This document shows, piece after piece, positions 59,501-64,000 of a stretch of 64,000 bases of DNA. Both the position numbers and the translations under genes were made by a program. The first letter of the stretch is position 1, and each line of letters begins with the position of its first letter. The notes under the pieces were generated by a model that was given only the letters and a program-made list of their open reading frames with translations, searched no databases and was not told the origin of the DNA. Where the stretch lies: NCBI RefSeq assembly GCF_001194135.2, contig NC_068984.1:23572837-23636836 (forward strand), read 5' to 3'. The DNA is from Octopus bimaculoides. Lineage: Eukaryota.

Positions 59501-62500
59501 TCAACCTCCATTTTTTGAACTTCATTAACTGCAGAACTGTTTTGGCTTTCTGACTGTTGTCCATTTACATCCATTCCTTCATTACTTACCTCTTCATTTT
59601 CTTTCTTAGCAATCTTTGATGGTCTTACAAAATTTGACTCAATTAATTTCCGTTTACGTGCTCGCAGTTTAGCTGAAACAGCTCGCAATCCGACAGTATC
59701 CATAGGAACCATGTTATAGACTCGTGTTGATCCAATCCACAACCATCCATGACAGCCAGTAATTCTGTACTCTTCTCCTTTTTGTTTCCAGACCTGAACA
59801 GAAACAATAAAACAAATATTGAAGTCCACATAAAATCATAGCTATTGACATGTAAGTAGTCATAGGGGCAGGTTGCCCAAAAGTTTATGAAGTGAAAAGT
59901 GAAAAGTACAATCATGAAGAGCCATAAGTTATAAATGGGCAATGTAGAGAGTAATAAGCTGAAGAATAAAGCTTAATGTAGAATGAAGGAGATAATCAAA
60001 GAGCCCAGGATTCACTGCTCATTAAACTATGAAGGGCAAATTGAGAAGGCATCGACCACTCTCTGACAGATTTGTGGTTGAACCTGTGGCAGAGGAGACC
60101 TCTGGCCTTCTTGGCTCCCAGACTACATCTCTTCTCACTGCTATTAAAGCAGGGATGGCTATCTGCAAGTGTGAGCTCCATGAGTTGGAGTGGCTGTTCC
60201 AGCATGTCTCCCTCGCTCTCCACCAGGACCATGAAGCAGACTGATAAGTCTTATGTCTCCTAAATATGATGTCCATTAGCTCACCATTCACCAAAGAATC
60301 AAAGAGAAGACAAAATGGAAAAAAGACCAACAAGATAAGTTATATATAAAAAAAGAAAGAAAGAAAGAAAGAGAATGAGGAAACTGGTGGTGGTCCGTGT
60401 CAGCAAATATTATGTAGTGAACTTCAAGAGTTTGAGTTCAAATACCACAGGACTGATCCTTTATCTGTGAGTAAAGAGATTCAAGCATTACTTTACAAGT
60501 AAACTGCCCACAAAAGATGATTTAAAAAAAATTATAAATGACCAGTTTAACTATGCTGGATGAGTTAATCAGGTTACAAAAATGCATATGTGTAAGCATC
60601 TTAATCCAACATTATCTGACATATAACACTTAAAGTAAGATTTTATTTCAAAAATTTTCACAAATTTATTTTCATTCTGGCCACCTTGTACTGACAGTTC
60701 AATGGGCTTATCAACCATATGATTAAAAACGGACCTAGCAATAAAAATACTAATGCAATTTTAAGAATCAACAGAAAAAAATCTTAGAAGGCAACAAAAT
60801 AGTTTGCATAAACTTACTTGATGTTTGAGGCCTAAAGGATATTTAATCCAGACAAGCCTACTTGGGTCATCTTCCTCTTCTTTTCTTCTACGCTGTTCTT
60901 TTTCTCTTTTCTTCATCTCTTCTCGATCCATTGCAGTAATTTTTTGCAAACGATGATGTCCTACAATGAAAAGTATGAGGCTTTGTTAGGATTACATATT
61001 ATTTTCTAAACTTTAAAGCAAATAAAAGCTTAAAGTTGCATGAATAAGAGACAGCAATTTGGTGAATGAGTAATTACTTAAAATGATTATCCATCTTAAT
61101 ATCAACCAACTGTGATGATGTGCATGCAATTTGACGAAAATTTGTGTTCATTATTGATAAGTGTAAGTCCAAACCAATTGTTGTATAAAGTTGGTTTAAG
61201 TTATAGCAACAACATATTCTTCAGAGAACCAAGACTAAATCATGAAATTGATTTTTCTTTCCAGAACTATAAACTATTTCAGCCTTGTCTAATACTGATA
61301 AATACATCTCTCATGGGAGGGTGTACTGATCATGCACATGCACATTCTGAATCATATACCTAAAATGATATGTGCATAACAGATAAGCTTCCAACCACCA
61401 ACATTTGATTAACATCAAGTATCCTCTTTTGGTCTCTTCTACCACAAATATAACAATAACTGCCTCTCTGAACTTATTGACAACAAATAACTCAGACCTA
61501 AACACAAAGAATGTACTCAACTTTCAACTTCCTTCAGCCACTGCGTCACATTCCTCAAAATATGTGTTAAACATTTTCATTAATCTTAATACAGAAGTGC
61601 ATAACTCTGACACATTCCTTGCCTGTATTTTCCCTCCAATAAGAAACCAACATTAACTCAACTTACTTTTATCCTACCAAACAGTATAAAAGAGATTAAA
61701 AAAGTTTCAGCAATATTCTTCTCTCCTAGACTAATTGATAAAAAAACAAAATAGATATTTTGCCAGTAGTTGAACTTGAAAATGGAAATATTTATCAAGA
61801 GAAGTGAAGCATGGAAATTTCAATAATTCATTCAATTCCAATTTACTGTAGTGATTACTCCTATCTGGTGCTAACTTTTATTTGCCGTGATCATTCATTA
61901 GATTTGTTTCTTTAACCAGCTTCTATCAACACCCTTAATAATTTAATCAAGTCAGTAGAGTTTTACAGTGATACAAGCAGATTTGTTTTATCACTAACAT
62001 TTTTTTGACAATGTTAGTGGGCAATAGTACAAAGTTTTCAAAATATCTAATTGTGGTTTTGTAAAAAAAATTATTATTAATAAAAAAAAAGTAAAATACT
62101 CACCAAGAGATTCAGTCCAGACAGGGTTAAAGAGCACTGGCTTGATACAAGCCTCAAGAATTGCTAGTGCCAATGCGAAGTCTTGTGGATTTTGACACAT
62201 ATGTACCGCTTTTTGCCAGTTTTGGCGATGTATTGCCCAATTAGGATGCAGGAATGGTGTAGGTAGATTGCTTTCCAATTGTGTGATACTTAGCCTAAGT
62301 GTGGAAATAGTCAGTATACGGTTGCCATAAAGACTACCATTCCATTTAAACTCACTCACAGGAGTAAGACTAAACTTATGTGACAAAAACCGTTTCTTAT
62401 CTCTCTCCTCATTATGCTGATGCTTATTTAAAGCTAATGGATTACTACTATATTGATTAATAAATGACTTGTAATTGTTTTCCATTCCTGCAAGTAAAAC

Positions 62501-62988
62501 AGAATAAAATTTCAGATGATGAGGATTCTATGCCACAGCAGAACTATAAAACTGTTTCTAGAACATCAGGATGTATACAATGTTACATTTATGGTAGCTG
62601 TGAATTTATGTGCAATCAGATTACTTAAGACAGACTGATATAGAATAGCATTTAGAGAATTTACGAATAAAAGAAATAATAATTAATTAACTAAAAACAA
62701 ATTTATTAGATTTACAACAAAAAAAATAAGCAAATGCAGAATTCTAAAATACTTAAATCAGAAAAACATTAAAAAAGAGTTTACCTAATTTAAAATATCC
62801 TGAACAAGAGTTTACAGCACTAGATTTGCTGCGTGTAACCCTGGTAACTTCTCCTTCTTTATTAATTAGCAGGACATCATCTGAGTTGGGAGTACGGCTA
62901 ATCTTTAAAGAACCACTAGTGATAGAATCATTAAACTGCTTGGGCGTTAATGACCCTGTTTTAGAACGAGTTACAATTCTTCTAGTTT
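30702..62988 (-). CDS. BPTF: Nucleosome-remodeling factor subunit BPTF/NURF301, 5'-partial; 16 coding exons in window, ~2460 aa
   Basis: Conserved blocks [58 protein letters not shown]...[31 protein letters not shown], two C-terminal PHD fingers (LYCICxTPYD...FYIGCDxC..WFHG.CV) and a bromodomain (AWPFLEPV...[14 protein letters not shown]...DNCRYYN). All junctions are GT-AG and in phase. Confidence 0.97.
31232..32134. mobile_element. hAT-type MITE with a nested LINE fragment
   Basis: 16-nt TIRs CAGTGGTTCCCAACCT / AGGTCGGGAACCACTG (1 mismatch); perfect 8-bp TSD TTCTAGGG at 31224-31231 and 32135-32142. Confidence 0.92.
31318..32012 (-). mobile_element. CR1/Jockey-group LINE relic, internally deleted, 3' end retained
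   Basis: [29 protein letters not shown] joined to [11 protein letters not shown]...[21 protein letters not shown]; no YADD region. Confidence 0.88.
32538..32731. mobile_element. piggyBac-type MITE
   Basis: TTAA|CCCTTTCGTTAC ... GTATCAAAAGGG|TTAA. Confidence 0.85.
33219..33303 (-). CDS. BPTF: BPTF exon (85 nt), bromodomain ZA loop
   Basis: [28 protein letters not shown]; donor GTAAGT. Confidence 0.96.
33480..33665 (-). mobile_element. tRNA-headed SINE-like family E fragment; related copy at 44340-44530
   Basis: Shared GCTGA.TG.ACTGGAGCAA..TGAAAT.AA...TTGCTCA.GAACACAA and a tRNA-like end (...CTAACC.CTGAGCC). Confidence 0.65.
33965..34160 (-). CDS. BPTF: BPTF exon (196 nt), last PHD finger and linker helix
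   Basis: [19 protein letters not shown]...LRRLLRSLQ; donor GTAATA. Confidence 0.96.
35550..35665 (+). repeat. ~50-nt tandem repeat, ~2.3 copies (compound microsatellite unit)
   Basis: GTGCAT(GT)nATAGATAGACAGACATATGTATAAAT repeated. Confidence 0.8.
36060..36233 (-). CDS. BPTF: BPTF PHD exon (174 nt, phase 2-2); missed by the ORF track
   Basis: tgctacag acceptor; [57 protein letters not shown](Q); donor GTAAGT. Confidence 0.95.
38313..38560 (-). CDS. BPTF: BPTF exon (248 nt), ends with the first half of a PHD finger
   Basis: MEINEC...[14 protein letters not shown](K); donor GTAAGT. Confidence 0.95.
38663..38888 (-). CDS. BPTF: BPTF exon (226 nt)
   Basis: [16 protein letters not shown]...[28 protein letters not shown]; donor GTATTT. 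Confidence 0.95.
40156..40459 (-). CDS. BPTF: BPTF exon (304 nt)
   Basis: [19 protein letters not shown]...QKDEQI(R); donor GTAAGT. Confidence 0.93.
41330..42268 (-). CDS. BPTF: BPTF exon (939 nt), Thr/Ala/Val-rich
   Basis: [15 protein letters not shown]...[10 protein letters not shown]; donor GTATCT. Confidence 0.92.
43068..43181 (-). CDS. BPTF: BPTF exon (114 nt)
   Basis: TVQIRPQ...[10 protein letters not shown] (conserved low-complexity-region motif); donor GTATGT. Confidence 0.92.
43388..43423 (-). ncRNA. Near-intact minimal hammerhead ribozyme-like motif
   Basis: CTTT-CTGTTGA-A-GAGT(GTAG)GCTT-GAAAC-GTT-AAAG; one core mismatch (A6 to U). Confidence 0.55.
43890..43924 (-). ncRNA. Degenerate minimal hammerhead ribozyme-like motif
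   Basis: GTTT-CTGAAGA-A-GAGC(TCT)GTTC-AAAGC-ATT-AAAC; GAAAC-GTT decayed. Confidence 0.45.
44738..44941 (-). CDS. BPTF: BPTF exon (204 nt)
   Basis: AAALSNSL...GQLQATR; donor GTAATT. Confidence 0.9.
45229..45572 (-). CDS. BPTF: BPTF exon (344 nt)
   Basis: [11 protein letters not shown]...ILASP; donor GTAAGC. Confidence 0.92.
45924..46062 (-). CDS. BPTF: BPTF exon (139 nt)
   Basis: (E)[18 protein letters not shown]...[10 protein letters not shown](K); donor GTAATT. Confidence 0.95.
46851..47380 (+). repeat. ~135-nt direct duplication (46851-46985 and 47245-47380) with a SINE between the copies
   Basis: Shared ATAAAATATAAAAGGAGTCTCTGAACTTGTATAAAAG...ACCTCAGATTAAAT. Confidence 0.85.
46992..47205 (-). 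mobile_element. SINE family A, full length with 18-bp TSD
   Basis: AAGATTTTAATATTTATT at 46974-46991 and 47206-47223. Confidence 0.88.
47867..47990 (+). mobile_element. Young, 3'-truncated SINE family A copy nested in a family B SINE
   Basis: CpGs intact; flanked by ATATATAC at 47859-47866 and 47991-47998. Confidence 0.8.
50458..50486. other. Small assembly gap within (TA)n
   Basis: Run of N. Confidence 0.99.
52421..52633. mobile_element. Degenerate piggyBac-type MITE, same family as 32538-32731, opposite orientation
   Basis: TTAA-flanked; internal similarity to the reverse complement of 32538-32731. Confidence 0.65.
53150..55610 (+). mobile_element. Old R4/NeSL-like (REL-type) retrotransposon RT relic in two parts (53150-53540 and 55150-55610), split by later insertions
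   Basis: KEFDY; GIFQGDSLS at 53381; THFLVD; then YNYIGIIE...[18 protein letters not shown]...FGVRDWT...KTMKILT, with frameshifts and stops. Confidence 0.65.
53812..55110 (-). mobile_element. RTE-clade LINE relic: APE endonuclease plus 3' end, RT deleted
   Basis: [10 protein letters not shown]...MGDFNGHVG...[14 protein letters not shown]...VANTWFRK...IDFVLV...QHRLVV (ORF 54463-54903); 3' tail ends in (GAT)n at ~53812. Confidence 0.9.
56304..59793 (-). CDS. BPTF: BPTF giant exon (3490 nt) containing the 36-nt tandem repeat
   Basis: VWKQKGEEY...LPSQQR; lies within ORF 56200-59829; acceptor tgttcag, phase-1 donor GTTGGT. Confidence 0.95.
57865..58761 (-). repeat. Coding minisatellite: 25 copies of a 36-nt unit (one is 33 nt) encoding [12 protein letters not shown], plus a partial copy
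   Basis: Plus-strand unit GCAAGTGTAGTTGGTGTTGTTACTGCAACAGTTTTT repeated head-to-tail over 897 nt. Confidence 0.97.
60818..60960 (-). CDS. BPTF: BPTF exon (143 nt)
   Basis: [14 protein letters not shown]...[11 protein letters not shown]; donor GTAAGT. Confidence 0.95.
62104..62487 (-). CDS. BPTF: BPTF exon (384 nt)
   Basis: MENNYKSF...NPVWTESL; donor GTGAGT. Confidence 0.95.
62785..62988 (-). CDS. BPTF: BPTF exon (204 nt), first coding exon visible in window
   Basis: tctttcag acceptor; [16 protein letters not shown]...SGYFKL; phase-1 donor GTAAAC. Confidence 0.9.
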
Positions 62989-63094
62989 CTGAAAGAAGAA
63001 CAACAGAACGGTAATAATTTAAATGATCACATTTTTTCTATTGTATGACAGTAGTATTAATTATAATAAATAAAAAAAATAGGAATGACGATGA

Positions 63095-63675
63095 TGATTC
63101 TTTCTATTGTTGGAGCAAGGCCTGAAATTATTTTTGGTGGGGTGGGTAGGAATTACATCATCCCAGTGCTCAACTGGTACTTATTTTATCAACCCCAAAA
63201 GGCTGAAAGGTAAAGTCAATCTCAGCAGTATCTGAATTCAGAACATCAAACCAGAAGAAATGCTGCTAAACATTTAGTCCAGCATGGTAACGATTCTGCC
63301 AACTTGTTGTCTTTATAAATAAATAATAATAATCCTTTCTACTACAGGCACAAGGCCAGCAACTTTGGGGAAAGAGATAACTCGATTACATCAACCCTAA
63401 TACTTGACTAGTGCCTACTTCATCAACCCTGAAAGGATGAAAAGGGCAAAGTCGACCTCAGCGGTATATGATCTCAGAACATAAAAACAGATAAAATGCT
63501 GCTAAGTATTGTGTATGGATTACTAGTTTAATGATAATAATTTCTACTAAAGGTACAAGGCCTGAAATTTTCGGGGAGAGAACTAGTTGGTTATATCAAC
63601 CCTAGTGTTTAACTGGTACTTAATTTATCAACTCCGAAAGGATGAAAAGTAAAGTTGACCTAGGCAGAATTTGAT
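63095..63675 (-). mobile_element. Three head-to-tail SINE family A copies
   Basis: Recurrent GGCCTGAAAT..., CTGGTAC.TATTT.ATCAAC...GAAAGG at ~63120, ~63350 and ~63555. Confidence 0.8.
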
Positions 63676-64000
63676 AATAATGATAATCATTTTACACTTG
63701 TAGTCCATGTTAGGTTGCAAGGGTCTGCTCACGTGGATGGGTCACAGGGTCCTTATCCTGCTTGCATTTCACTTTGGTTTCCATGGGTGGTTGCCCTTTC
63801 TAACACCAACCATTTTATAGAGTGTACTGGGGCTTTTTTATACCACCAGCAACAGAGAGGTGTTATGTCTTCAACAAGACTCAGAGACCTTTGCAACCTC
63901 TGTCAACTATCCAACTCATGCCAGCATGGACAACAGACATTCAATGATGATGATGTTGATGACGATATATACATGTATATATATATCTGTGTGTGTGTGT

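Overview
AT-rich, repeat-dense, intron-rich animal genomic DNA. The repeat content suggests an octopod cephalopod (inference). There are three N gaps (8194-8649, 21120-21471, 50458-50486). Three spliced genes were reconstructed by hand with GT-AG boundaries and consistent phases. CHMP6/VPS20 (minus, 8 exons, 2664-18017; exon 5 partly in a gap) lies head-to-head with PIGX (plus, 6 exons, 18665-29716, 245 aa). PIGX lies tail-to-tail with the 3' 16 coding exons of BPTF/NURF301 (minus, 30702 to at least 62988; ~2460 aa in window; 5' part outside the window). BPTF has a 3490-nt exon carrying 25 copies of a 36-nt (12-aa) repeat, a skippable 174-nt PHD exon, and a bromodomain. The introns hold several SINE families, hAT/piggyBac/Tc1-type MITEs, and relics of CR1-like, RTE and R4-like LINEs. 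The most unusual signals are: three minimal hammerhead-ribozyme-like motifs, one inside a partly deleted palindromic element with a tRNA-like Pol III promoter; LINE-SINE pairs sharing covarying 3' stem-loops; and repeated loss of the RT core in LINE relics.
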